DNA from: Zancudomyces culisetae HAW-14-8 | Taxonomy: Eukaryota > Fungi > Kickxellomycota | Assembly: GCA_052426225.1 (NCBI GenBank) | Contig: JBNJNM010000009.1 | Span: forward strand, 682,001-746,000 | Direction of reading: 5' to 3' | DNA: 64,000 nt | Notes under the pieces: model-generated | Told to the model about the DNA's origin: nothing | Database searches by the model: none | The model's input: the letters and a program-made list of their open reading frames with translations, nothing else | Part shown: positions 12,130-24,733 of the stretch, in pieces | How positions within the stretch are numbered: position 1 is the stretch's first letter | Layout: the number at the start of each line of letters is the position of its first letter | Position numbers and translations under genes: made by a program

Positions 12130-14749
12130 CCTGTCTTTCCTTATCCACTTGTACTATTTGACGCTTTATTGTTTTATCTCTATACCGAGGGTATGATTTT
12201 TACTTTTAAAGCTATATCTTCAAGAGTTATTTTTGCTTTGTTACACAAATAATTTCAGGGTTAAGCGTAAGCTTTAAGAATATTTCTAACGTGCCTTCCA
12301 TACAAAGGGTTATACGAGAAGTATAAACTGTTGACATTCGAATTATATTGCACGACCCTTGGAGGATATGTATATCGTATATATTGAAATAGCACCCTTT
12401 TTCAAATTTATCTCTTCTTGAGACTGTGTATTCCAAATAGATGTAGTTACTAAATTTTTTTTAAAAAAAAAGTTTTATTCTACATTTGTTGAATATTATT
12501 ACTATTTAAAAATGGTGGGATATAATAACTATTGAAACACACCTTTTTTTTTTAATCAGTTATAAATATCTCTTCTAAAATTGGACCTACGCGATTAACA
12601 AAAGAAGATAAACCCAAATACATAATACCTTTAACCAGAAAAAATTTTCCCCAAGAATCAATATCAGTGGGTGTTAGGTTGAAGGAATCGTTCAAGAGAA
12701 ATCTTGTTGCTATTAATTTCGATTTGTTAGCGATATACTCACTACAGCAAAAAGAGTAAAATAGTCACCACTTATTCATTCAAAAAAAATTCCGGGTAAA
12801 TTGGTGTTTAGTGTAAATGCCCTAATATGAACCAATACTGTCGATTATTGTTGGTCTACACACTCTTCATAGCATCAAATATGTAATTTTGTGAAATCGA
12901 CTCATAACTTGGTTGCTGAAACGAACATTTCCCCGTTTCATCAGGAAATCATACGTGATTTTGGATAAGTTGCGAAGTACCATTGGTTCTAATTGGTAAC
13001 AATAAATTTTTATTTGCAAAACTACTTTTGAGTGACTTTCTAGAACTGCGTGGTATCTTTTCTTGTCAAACATTTATCTATTTTCCATTTGCTGCTTTCT
13101 TTTGATTTGTAAATTTAGTCTTAGAACAGGCCGTAGAATCAGTTTATTGTATGAAAATCAAAATATGTGTTTTAAATAGTAATAAAGAATTTGCACTGAA
13201 TAGATATTGGGGGAAGGAGGAAGAGTTATGTTTCAAGTACCAGAAATATGGGAATTATTTACTTTACTGCAACCCAAAAAATGCAGCATTCCCTATCATT
13301 TGTAATTCAGCATATATTTTGATTTTACGCACTTTTATAACGTCAACAACCCTTTCCCAAATGATCAGGTTTTAGCGTCTTGAAAAATTGCTTTTTTGGC
13401 TTAAAAATTCGCATATATTATAATCTCAATCTGCATGTAAAGCTAATTTATAAAAGTATTTACAAATAAGGAGTTTAATTGCCTTTTTTTTGACAAAAGC
13501 TCCGATTACTTAATAATTGCAGGATAATCACAAATCCAATATTAGCTAATTAATTTAATCACTAAATAAATTTGTCGAATCAGCAACAACTATTTAATCA
13601 CACGTTGAGAGGTTCTCCAAAAAAATGATTAAAACAGTATAATTGCACCTGAATTAAAAGTGCTTGAAAAAAACTTTTCAAACCCGCCCCAATGCTTTAA
13701 CCCAAAAAAGTGCAAATGATTTCGATATTGTAGGAATATTTAAATAAATGCTAGGAAATACAATAAATATGGCATTACTCAAATACTACCTATGAGAACC
13801 ATCAGCTTGGATGCAAATAACCTCCTTAAAGCCTAGCAAATCAGTTATATTGATTTAACAAGATTTTATAATATGAACACCATAATAGTTGGGATCATTG
13901 AAATTAAATTTTTGAATGCCTCCGTGTCCGCGTTTTGATATTGACTGTTAGTATTTTGCAAAAAAAATTTCTCTATCAATACAAATCCTGTTGGTTACAT
14001 AAACCATGTATTTTGCTATTATTGAATGTTTTAGTCTGAGAAAATTAGAATAACGTGTATTTTTGAATTCAAACCTATTATTTCTTCGTGAGTTTTATAA
14101 AATAGTACTTTACTTTTAAAAAAAATATCTGAACACAAGAAAACAGTCAAATAACATTCACTGAAGCGAGGAAAAAGTTTCACCATGAAAAGAAACAGTT
14201 ATTCTACTAACAACAATATCTAGAATTGAGCAGTTATAATAAAGGTATGTAATTGTAATGGAAATGGTATTATATCAATACACACTTTTTTTCACTACTT
14301 GAAAACATCCTGAACAATTGTCCTTGTGTTTCGGGTCTCCTTAGAAAATTATGGATATTGGGTGTATATATATTGTGTAAAATCTTTTTTTTTTGTATTT
14401 TTACGATATAACTTGTTAATAAATCTAGTGTAAAAAAAATGAAGCAAAAAGCGGAAAAGCCCTATTCAGCGGTTATTTTAGAACAATACTGCTAATTTCA
14501 ATATAAAGAAAGCGCAGAAAGTCTCTTAAAGGCTTTCCTGTTTATAAGAAGAATATTTGTGGAATATGAAGGCAATAGTTATGTAAAAAAAAGGAGGGGA
14601 TAAATATCGTTGGCAGATTGGACAAAGGATGGACAAGTAAAAGTTAGTAAAAGCGTGAAAAATAGATGTAGATATCAAAAGCGATGCGAGGTGGAAATTC
14701 CATTGTAGATCCGAATTTAAATGTTAAAAGTCGACAGGATAGTCATGGA

Positions 14750-15900
14750 TCGTGTCCACAGTACATATTTATATTTTAAGAGAGAAGAAGAGGTAAACTC
14801 ATCGATTCTTGTTCTGAATAAACTGTGAAGATCCACATTTTTTTTACTGGGTGGATATAGCAAACAGTTGAAAAAAAAAGACCTGGGAATACTGCTTTCG
14901 AGTACTATTTTGTTTCCTAAAAATAGACGCATTCTAACAAACATACATTATTAAATATTAAAGTCAACAGTATTGTGACACAGTTGTTAACTTTGAACAG
15001 TGATGATATTGATAAATTTAGAAATTACCGATTTCAATCTCATTCCTGTTTAAATGATCATATATTGGGAAACAGCTATCATCAATAAACTCAGGTTGGA
15101 TAAAATATTATCGTCTAATATATAGCTGCGTATATCCATACCTTCAAGCCTGGTTTTAATCGATTTTGGGTATAATCTAGCTTCTCTTAGGTTGCTCTAC
15201 TAGTGAGAAAAAAACAGGAGAGGCGGTATGATATCTCTAGTTAATATTATACAAACCAATAGTCATCTTGTTTGCATATCAAGTTAACATACTCCACCAA
15301 TTTAATGCAAATGATTTACACCAGTTAAGACTAGAAATTGTAGAGTTTTCAACTATTCACTTTAAAGGCCTGAAGAACACTAATGTATTTTGCAGAGAGG
15401 TTAGCCTCACTTTCAATCTATATTTCTACCAACTTGACGTTTTCCTATCAAATAAAATCTGAAATATCTTATTTTTATTTTCTTTTGGCGATGATTATTT
15501 TCAACCAGGAAATGTAATTTCTATTAAATATAGCTTCAAACCCCTCTAATACGAACGATTTACGGCAATTCAACCAGTTCGGTATTCTTGCGCCTACACA
15601 ACATTTTAAGACCATCATTAATCGAATCTGTATCTACTTTTCAACACTCAAACATATGTTTCAGAAACTCAATATTCCTTGAATCTGATTTTTCATAAAA
15701 AACCATTAGATACGATACTTTTACACTTTTTCAAAGTAAATGATTAGTCTACCTTATAACTCCGCCCATATCAGTAATACAAGATTAGAAGGTTGTTCAA
15801 GGTGTGTTCAATTAATTAACTACAAATAGAACCATCGCTTTCAGTATTCCATTTTCTACCTTCATTTTTCATCATGTATTCAAAGTTGTGTCACACAATT
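14750..15900 (-). pseudogene. Possible degraded ankyrin-repeat gene relic
   Basis: Minus-strand fragment near 15570-15680 reads NIEFLKHMFEC*KVDTDSINDGLKMLCRRKNTELVEL, resembling repeats of the neighbouring ankyrin gene. Many stops; boundaries approximate. Confidence 0.25.
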
Positions 15901-16990
15901 AAATATATATGACCATTGTCGCATTTCAGTATACTTTTAATCATGGGATTCATAAAAATCTACAGTTCTATGAAATACAATGAATATTTTGTGACAATAC
16001 TGTCTATATTATTTGGATAATTATTTAATATACCCTTTTTATCAGTATATGTACATAAGTTGCTTCATCCACTCGAAACAATGAATGTATTCAAAAACTG
16101 TAGCAAAGTACAGTGAAATAATAATAATCGATTAAGTCTAGCACATCTAAATAAAAAAAAACAGATGAACTTTGGTGATGTGAGTTGCATTAAATATCTC
16201 TATCAACTGAAGTAACTTATAAGTGTGTGAAAAGCATAAACATATCAGGCTGTTGTTGGCAAGCAAAGTTTTTTATTTTCAACTTTGTCTTTTTTTGGGA
16301 CTATTTTTGTTGCTCTCTTCAATTTATAATTATTTGGGTGGTGATAATACAATTCACTGCTGTCTAATTGCTGTATCTGTAAGAATATTACTTGGTTGTT
16401 GAACTGTAACGTATTTGACTTTTACAAATATATGTAATCTACTGATTGAATAAGCGTTGATTATACAAATGTAGTACCACAACCAGATTCACCCAAATCA
16501 CGAATGTACTATAATATCTAATCACAAAGTATAAGCCATTTTACCAAACCACATATACATCTCTACCAAGAATCATTCAATAAACAATCAAATGTGTATA
16601 GTTGAAATGTAATAAACTGTTTATGTTTGGTGAGTAATAATGAACTGGATTGACCTTGTGTTGTTGGTCAAAAGTTTTTTTAATTCATTAGCTAATCCAT
16701 CTTGGGTCTCAGAAAAAATGTAAATAGTTGGACCAGCTTTTCTGGCTGTTGATTAATCCTGAACTATATCCAATAATTGAAAAATCTAATAACGATTTTT
16801 CACAGTGCGAGAAAATAACCAATCAACTCAAGCTATAAAAGATTGAAAAATAGATCAAAAAAGTTATGAAAATCGAATAAAACTGACACAATTCTGCTGT
16901 TTATTGTTTATCCATCATTATTATTTACTTTAGTTCATTAACAAACAAAGGTTGAAAAAGAGAAATACGGATAATAAAACTTAATGCAAT

Positions 16991-19900
16991 ATGAATAATA
17001 ATGATAACAGTACTTTCAACAAACTTCCAGCAAGTATACTGTCAAACATATTTGTACTTACCCAAACCCCCGATTTATCATTGTTAAACAAAAATATGCA
17101 TTATGTCTCGCAACAGGTAGACGCTGTCACCAGGTATATTTTTCAATATGCTTTATCTAATTCAGAAGATAGCCTCGATTCAAATTTGAGAACGATATTC
17201 GAGAGTTACACCAGAATACAAATAAATGAAACTATTGTGGTATTGGCTTTGAAAAGTTCAAGCATCTCAACTACGAAACCTATCTAGAGCTGGCAATGAC
17301 GTATAATTGGAGGAGCATACTAAATAAATTGCTTAAAATGTATGTGGTAATTGATAGAGACACTTCAACGGTTGTATACAAAGGCAAATTTTTTACGAAC
17401 GAGAATGGATATCTAGATATTGATATTGGTGATTTATTTTCAGAAGGGAACGAATCACAAAGAGAATTTCAGACATAAAGATAACCGGGCATCTTTATAT
17501 AAGACCAGTAATAACCATACACTCGATTCTGCAAAAATTATTAGATAAAATAAGTAGAGAGTTTGAGAAAGAGGATGTTGAAGCGTTAATAGATAGTTGG
17601 AATAGTAAAATTGAGATCTCTACAGAATTAACAGGTTCAGTTATAACTGAAGCTAGGTTTATTGATAGCAAGGCTATCAGATGTTATATACTGGGTTTTT
17701 TGGATAGACGCTACAACTTGAACGACCTTGAATTGCTGAAACGGATCTTAGGTTTAAGGATCAACACAAAATTTTCTTTTCTGGAGTTGAAATTTAATAT
17801 TATAACGCACAGAATAACACATTTTATTGAAAACTATGGATACGAGGCTAAAGTGGTGTTGTTAGTTTATTTGACTTGTTCATACTACTCAATTAATCAG
17901 AATAGAAAAGAATTGATAGAATTTCTTGAGAATCACTACCCCGATACCATATATCAACAAGTATTATTTGACGTAGCAATACATCATAGTAGGAAGAAAT
18001 AGGTGAAAAAACATTTTTTCAAAGTGGAATTAAACTCGGAAAATATAAGAAAAATAACAAAAATGGAGTACGATTGTGGTAGTGTCAATCCCATAAAGCT
18101 ACTTTTGGACAATTGCGAAAAGCTCAAGGGAAACCTGGATGAAAATGCTCTTAAAGCGGCTATAAAAAAGAAAGACCACGGAATGGTACACGAGGTTCTC
18201 AATAATTATCCAGATATAGTGAATATTTCCTGTCTGGCGGAGGCTATGAAAAGTGGTGATGTCACGATTGCCAAACTACTCATTGAAGCCGGAGTGAAGT
18301 TAAAATTACCTGAATATAAAGGAATAAGAATGGCAAGCGGAAATATATCTATAGATATTCTATAGTCATCGATTGATGGTAGTTATTCGGGTGAATCAAA
18401 GATTCAACATGTTATCAGCAATCTTTGTAGTATAAAAATTTTTATAATAGCTCAACGCCTATTCGAGCACTTCAATGATGATAAGACTAAACTCAAAAAA
18501 TTAGAAAGCCTATTGAAGAAAGAAACAGGACTAAAATTTAATAAAACGATTCTGTGCCTTATTGAAGTTCTTCGGTCCTATAATGTATATTGTCGTGATT
18601 CTAATGTTGAATTTGAGGAATTTCTTAATCAAATGGACTTTTACGAAAGAGTAATCACAATAGCGAACTCAAAAATCAAAAATATTACCAATTCATGTGC
18701 ATTATATTTTAAAATTCCTTATAGATCTTTTCGTACTAGACTTATTGTAAAGACTTGCCGTGATAAACTAGTTGAAATTATTGATTATATTGTCGAAAAA
18801 AATCTTCAAAGTACACTCAACGACGCTGAATACAATGAAACTAACGAGTCAGGATACGAGAACAATGTAGAGGAGTTGATTGATAGACATTATGAGCTAG
18901 TAAAATCGGAATTAATTAACCGAAATTTTGGAATGTTGAAACTAATAGTAGAGTATGGAGCAGATATTAATTCATATGATGGTTTAATTTTAAAAACAGC
19001 ATACAAAGCAGGTGATATTGGTTGGATTGATTACTTTATCAGCAAAGGCGCCAGGTTTAAAAAAAGATCAGATGGGTTTGAAGAAGCGTGTAAATCAGAT
19101 AAAGTAGAGGTATTGGAACATTGGATAAAGAATGGGGGTGTGATACCCAAGAATCCAGAATATGAGTGTATCAATATGGCATGTTTACTGGGAAACTTTG
19201 ATATGGTTAAACTGTTGGTAGAAAATGGAGTTGATTTAAGCGATCCAACTCGAAATGGAGTTAGGATTGCATGCAGATTGGGTTTCAAAAAAACATTGAA
19301 ATATCTTATGAATAACAATGCTGTGATTGAAGGTGTTTTTCATCATCAATTAGAGTATGCGTGTCTCACAGAAAGTTTAGAGTTAGTAAAAATAATTTTT
19401 AGACATTATGGAAGCTTAAGAATATTAGAAATAAGAGACAGAACAAAAGTGGGAGAGGAAAAACAATTACAAAATGTTTCTTTTTTGGGTCATGACAACT
19501 CTGATCATGTTGAGGAATACAAGGTTGCTAAAGTTTTACTTGAAAAGGGTGCACCTATCCACAATAATGATTTATTAAATGGAGTAATAGCAGCTGTCGC
19601 AGTAGCAAACATTGAATTATTGAAATTACTGCTTCACTATAAGATCGATGCAAATGATGATGCTAAAATACTAAAGTTTGGAGTACAAGCTGGAAATACC
19701 GAGGTGGTAAAATTACTTTTGGAGAATGGATGGAATGCTAACAATCAAGTTAATGCCTTGGGTGTAGCACTTGAAGCAAATAATGTTGAGATGATCAGAT
19801 TGTTGTTGCGGCATGGTGCAAAAGTAGAAGGAAATTCACACCACTTAAGAAATGTTAATCTAAAAGATATTACGACATCAAGGCTAATGTTGACTTGTTG

Positions 19901-20405
19901 TCCTGAGATTAGTGGAGTCGCTCACTTTGTTTACTCTGCTATTCAAAAAAACAAGTTGGAGGCAGTTAAATCGCTTTTGAAGGATACCAACTGTATTGCA
20001 AATAGCACATATAATTTTGTGGTTGAAACCTGTAAGAACAATAGTGTGGATATTGTAAAGTTGTTGTTTGAGAAAGAAGCAAAAATACAAAAGGGAAGAG
20101 GGAGTGGAGTTATCCAGGCTTGCGAGAATAATAATCAGAAAATGTTGAAACTCTTGTTGGAAAGAAATCCAAATTTGGTACTAAAAAATAATTATGGATT
20201 GAAAGAAGCTATCGAGCATGAAAATATTGAGATAACCAAACTGTTGATAAAGTATGGTGCTGATGAAAATGCGCATATTGGATCGATCATGAAACTTGCG
20301 AGTGACCTAAATGGCCACTACTTAGTTGGGTTTTATCAGAAACAGCAACGGAATGTAAAGATCCAGGGTCTTTGTAAGCATGAGTGGGAACTGGGTGGGT
20401 CATAA
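16991..20405 (+). pseudogene. F-box-like + multi-ankyrin repeat protein (~1140 codons reconstructed), disrupted
   Basis: Five ORF pieces join into one frame after two single-base restorations (~17255, ~17470) and read-through of TAG at 18000 and 18363. N-terminus FNKLPASILSNIF; many repeats of the type NFDMVKLLVENGVD, GNTEVVKLLLENG, NIEITKLLIKYGAD. Confidence 0.8.
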
Positions 20406-20500
20406 TTGTATCTGAGTGTTCGCATAACAACAATCTGTTTTTATTTCATCCAATTAAGCATGTTATTTTCAGCCCAAGAATTGTAGTTGGGTCAGTTATT
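20402..20500 (-). repeat. Short dispersed repeat, copy 1 (homologous to ~48745-48833 on +)
   Basis: Reverse complement AATAACATGCTTAATTGGATGAAATAAAAACAGATTGTTGTTATGCGAACACTCAGATACAATTATG aligns without gaps to AATAATATGTTTAGTTGAATGAAATGAAAACTTATTGTTATTATGCGAACATCCATATACAATTATG. Confidence 0.7.
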
Positions 20501-22639
20501 GTGAATGTTCTTGGGTCTATTGTGGCGACAGATACTATAAAATTTGAGATGGCGGTATCAAAAACAGTCAAATCATCGGCTATAAAGTCAGGAATGGTTA
20601 TAGCTTTATCAGCGAATTGTCTGCGGAAAAGCCTTGATGCTTCTCTTTTGTGGGATTTTTTAAATGGTTTGATTTTCTCTTTTTTTCTTTATTTTACAAG
20701 TCAATACTGAAGAGCCCAGAAGTACAAATATAAATAATTGTTAAATTTGTTTATCTTCATTTTAATTCGTTTTTCTTAAGTATTACTAGAATATGAATAT
20801 GAACTGGATTTTATAAATTTGTGTATTTTTCTTGAGTTGCTTCTTTTCATCTCATTGATATACTTCTAATAAACAGCACCTAGAACTATAGCTCACACTA
20901 TAAATAGCTTATTTAGATTACTTTAAGGTGAACTTTTTTTGCTTTTTGTCGCTTGATACTCGGCATCAGCAATCCAGTTCGATATTTTATTACTTGGTCT
21001 AGTTTTATTAAATTTTTTTATAGAATTACCAAACATCTCATTTCAGCAATTTTATTATACTGTTATACTAATATACTTGTATTCATCAAACGCTTTCAGA
21101 ACTTTTAGATATTTTCCCCCCAAGTTTTGTACTTTTTTCCCCCACATATATCATCATACACTTATGAACAGAGTACTTATTATCGACATGATTTGTTTTG
21201 GTTTGCTTCGTTGATCCAAAAATTTAAACTTATTAATTTGATTAGAATGGATTTAGTTTGGCCCCAAGTTCCAAATCTCGATAATAACTGCCAGTGTTCA
21301 CAAAATTTTTGATTAGTTTTTTGCATGATGCTGTTCATACCAAAGTTACCTAGTTCTTAATATTTGCCATTTCTTATTTCAATATTAACACAGAATCTTG
21401 ATGAGTAATATGTTAATACTATTAGAAATCCGTGATTATTTAGATTAGTTCCACCAAATGCCATATGATCTGGTAAAGAAAGAAAATGTAGTTAACTCAC
21501 TTGATTTTTTTCACTTTTTATATTTTGAATACTATTCCCATAAAAGGACTTCTTTCTTAATTATACTTACGTATAATGATTGAGCACAAGTAATATAGTT
21601 GTTGCTGGTGTTTATTTTTCAAGGATTGCAATTTAAAAGGGGCTCAACACTGTGGTGTTTATAAAATTGATTAGTGATAAAGTCCATACCTGGTATTTTT
21701 ATTGAAAAGTTGGTTCAACGTAGTTTACCTTGTATGGGTATTTATGTCATCTTTAACAAAATGTTTAAAATAGATGTTGAAAGGATTCGAAAGCGTAAGA
21801 ATTTGAGAATTTGAGAATTTATTCGTTTTGGGATCTAGATTTGGTGTGATCGTCCTGACTCCAAACCAGATTGTATGTTCTAAATGAGCACCTGTCTACT
21901 CTTGATAAAGTTGTATTACGTTTAGCTTGCCAACACTTTTTTAAAAATAGTAGTCAGAAAAAATTATTTCTACGAAGTATTTTGTTTATCGGGTTGCCCT
22001 TTGTAATTTTGTGCACTGATACACTTTTGATCCGAATGAAAGATGAGATTAGGTCTGCATATTAAAAATAACCGATCCAATAATATTTGTTATTTCAATG
22101 CTTTCTATAACCTGAAACGATTTACCAAGGGCGATTGGAGTGTAATATAAAACTGTTTTTAGGCGCTTCTGTGTTACTTTGAATCAACTTCAGCTGAATA
22201 CAAGTACACAGAGAAACGCACAATAATTTTTTTTTGTGTTCAATTATGTTTATTTGGTTACTTTTATCCAAATGTATCAGAAACGCTTTTGTTTTATATA
22301 ACGATTAATTCATGTACACATCAATTTTTTCCAAGGCGAATTAGTAGATATTAAAATGTGTAATCTACACAAATAGCTATTAAAACTGGCGTCTATCATC
22401 CCATTTATTTTGAGACCCCAGCCTAATATTAAGTTGATTTGAATTTAGTTTTATAGTATTAATAAACCCAGGATAGCAATCCCTACTGCCTAAATCCGCT
22501 TCAAAAAATGACACCGTTTCCTTCGCTGTAAAATCTGTATACCGTAATATCACCGTTCCTTCTTTGAGCAATGTGGCAATATTCGCTAGATTTACAGATC
22601 ACTTGCCAATATAGTTAGATAGCATTCACTTCAGTCTCA

Positions 22640-24733
22640 TTAATTCAAACTATAGCCAATGTCACATCCAGCTACTCCATACTCAGGAAAAAACAATCTA
22701 AAGAGAGACTTGGTTGAAGTTCTAACTCTTCGTTTTGACCATGAATAATATTCTGGAGGTTTACGAATGTTTAGTGTATAGATTCTATTAGTACCAATAT
22801 TGTTAAATCTATCTATTAACATGTTGACAGTTTTTGACGAGTTCCGTATTGGTTGACTATTGTTTCTCACGTAATTTACATTTTTTTTGAGTGGAAAATC
22901 CAAAGAAATGCTAAATGAATTCAAAAGATCGGTTAAATTCTCCAAATCATCAAATTCGCAAGGTGTGTTAGGATAATTAATATAGTACTTTAGCGATAAC
23001 ACACGTAAATTGATATTGCTTGTTGCTAAAAGGCAACACCAACTTCCCGCACATGGAGGAGGACCTATAATAAACCAAGGATTCATATCTTCCTCAGTTA
23101 TTGCACTGTTTACAATAATACTGGGCACAGGGTTGACCATTCTGTTGATCTTGTGAAAATACCGCATTGTGTTATTGATCTCTACAAAAACTTTATCAAA
23201 TTCCCCTCCACGCTGGAACTCTGGCTCAAGTTTTTCTAGTAAACAATAAACAAAATCTCTGCCTTCAACAATTTCCGTGTATTTTGGATGGTCTGTGATA
23301 TAGGCTGCATTAATGAGTGTCAGGCATATCCAACAGATCAAAAAATGAAGATTCAAATCCATACACTGTACTGGGATATTAGCATAGCCCCATTTCAAGA
23401 TCTTTATACCTTCAATTGAATAGTCGATACACAGCATCTTTGCTACCTGGACGCGCCAGAAGTCATTGTTAAAATACTCTAAGTACAGTATCTCAGTCAT
23501 ACACAAATGGACGGCTGCGTTTATTAAGGAGAGGCGCAGGCAGCACAGTTGGAAAAGCAGATTTTTGACAAAAACTTGATCGATTATTAGAAAATTTGCG
23601 TTCTCAAATAACTGGAGTTTTTGGAGTGTATCAAATGTATATCTTCTCAGCATTTTTGAAATACCATTGAGTTGCTTTGAAAGATCTGTGTACCTTTCAA
23701 AGTCGCGTTGATAGTCCCGTTTAATCATAAAGCTCCTTCGGTTTCGAAAAGCACAAATTTTGTTATGCATACCAAGTACTATACACTTCAGTTTTGTAAT
23801 ATCCGGGTTCACTCTTCTGCTTTCGCTGCTTCTGATTAGTTGTCTATTTTCCACTAGAATGAGCGTTGATGTTTTGTACTCAATTCCGTTTCTCCACTCA
23901 TAGTCGTTTTTTGGGAGTTTATTTGCGCTTTTAAAAAAAGCACCATAAATAGTATAATTAGCAAATCCAGCTTGAATACTATGGTTTAGATATACCATCC
24001 AGAACATTCGTCGCCTAAATTCCATTTGATTTTGTTCTTGCTTGGGATTCGATAAGCCTAAATAAGCACTTGAATCAACTTTGTGCAACCCAAGCATGAT
24101 ACATGTGCTATAAGTTTTCATTTGATCTACACGTGCGGCATGGTTAAATTTATTTGAGGTTTTTTGTTCAAGTAAAGCCTGGAGACACCACAAGTGATTT
24201 ATTCGAAATTTATTTTGTTTATCATCAAGCACTTTGCGCACATATTTTATCAATTTTCCCACTTTCTTAGCACTCAAAAATCTTGTGACTCTGGATTCTG
24301 GCAACAGTTGTGTCCCAAGGATCAATATCGTGTAAATCATGTATTTGGGAAGTCTCAATTTTTTAATATTTTCTATCAGCATGGGGATCCTAACGGGTAT
24401 CATCAGATTTGGTGTTGCAAACACACAGAGTTTTATGGTTTCTACCATAAAATTCACCAACTTTATCATGTGTGTTTTGGTGTTTTCATCATAGTAAGCT
24501 TCATAGCTAAAATCTCCGCTATCTATTTTTTCTATCAGCACGTATTGATATATTTCCTCATACATTTTATCAAAATTGACTGTTGTTTCACTGCTTTCCA
24601 GTTTCAATTTCTTACTGTTGTTTAAAACAGCATGTATCTCCGTAGCCTTGGTCTCTAGTCTGGCAACAAGGTCTGTGACCCTGTTGATCGTTATCATCCT
24701 AGTTCTTTGAGCCATTGACTTTTGTGGAGCCAT
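22640..24733 (-). CDS. Fungal-specific transcription-factor domain protein, paralogue 2; no Zn2Cys6 visible
   Basis: 697 aa intronless ORF with LGLHKVD...QMEFRRRMFWMVY...LPKNDYEW. Shares long near-identical blocks with 10069..12129, e.g. MLIENIKKLRLPKYMIY. Confidence 0.7.
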   Translation of the reverse strand: MAPQKSMAQRTRMITINRVTDLVARLETKATEIHAVLNNSKKLKLESSETTVNFDKMYEEIYQYVLIEKIDSGDFSYEAYYDENTKTHMIKLVNFMVETIKLCVFATPNLMIPVRIPMLIENIKKLRLPKYMIYTILILGTQLLPESRVTRFLSAKKVGKLIKYVRKVLDDKQNKFRINHLWCLQALLEQKTSNKFNHAARVDQMKTYSTCIMLGLHKVDSSAYLGLSNPKQEQNQMEFRRRMFWMVYLNHSIQAGFANYTIYGAFFKSANKLPKNDYEWRNGIEYKTSTLILVENRQLIRSSESRRVNPDITKLKCIVLGMHNKICAFRNRRSFMIKRDYQRDFERYTDLSKQLNGISKMLRRYTFDTLQKLQLFENANFLIIDQVFVKNLLFQLCCLRLSLINAAVHLCMTEILYLEYFNNDFWRVQVAKMLCIDYSIEGIKILKWGYANIPVQCMDLNLHFLICWICLTLINAAYITDHPKYTEIVEGRDFVYCLLEKLEPEFQRGGEFDKVFVEINNTMRYFHKINRMVNPVPSIIVNSAITEEDMNPWFIIGPPPCAGSWCCLLATSNINLRVLSLKYYINYPNTPCEFDDLENLTDLLNSFSISLDFPLKKNVNYVRNNSQPIRNSSKTVNMLIDRFNNIGTNRIYTLNIRKPPEYYSWSKRRVRTSTKSLFRLFFPEYGVAGCDIGYSLN

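Noticed and set aside
20520-20580. Aspartic-protease motif on the minus strand (LTVFDTAISNFIVS)
   Set aside because: Lacks the DTG glycine and the downstream spacing does not fit. Insufficient support.
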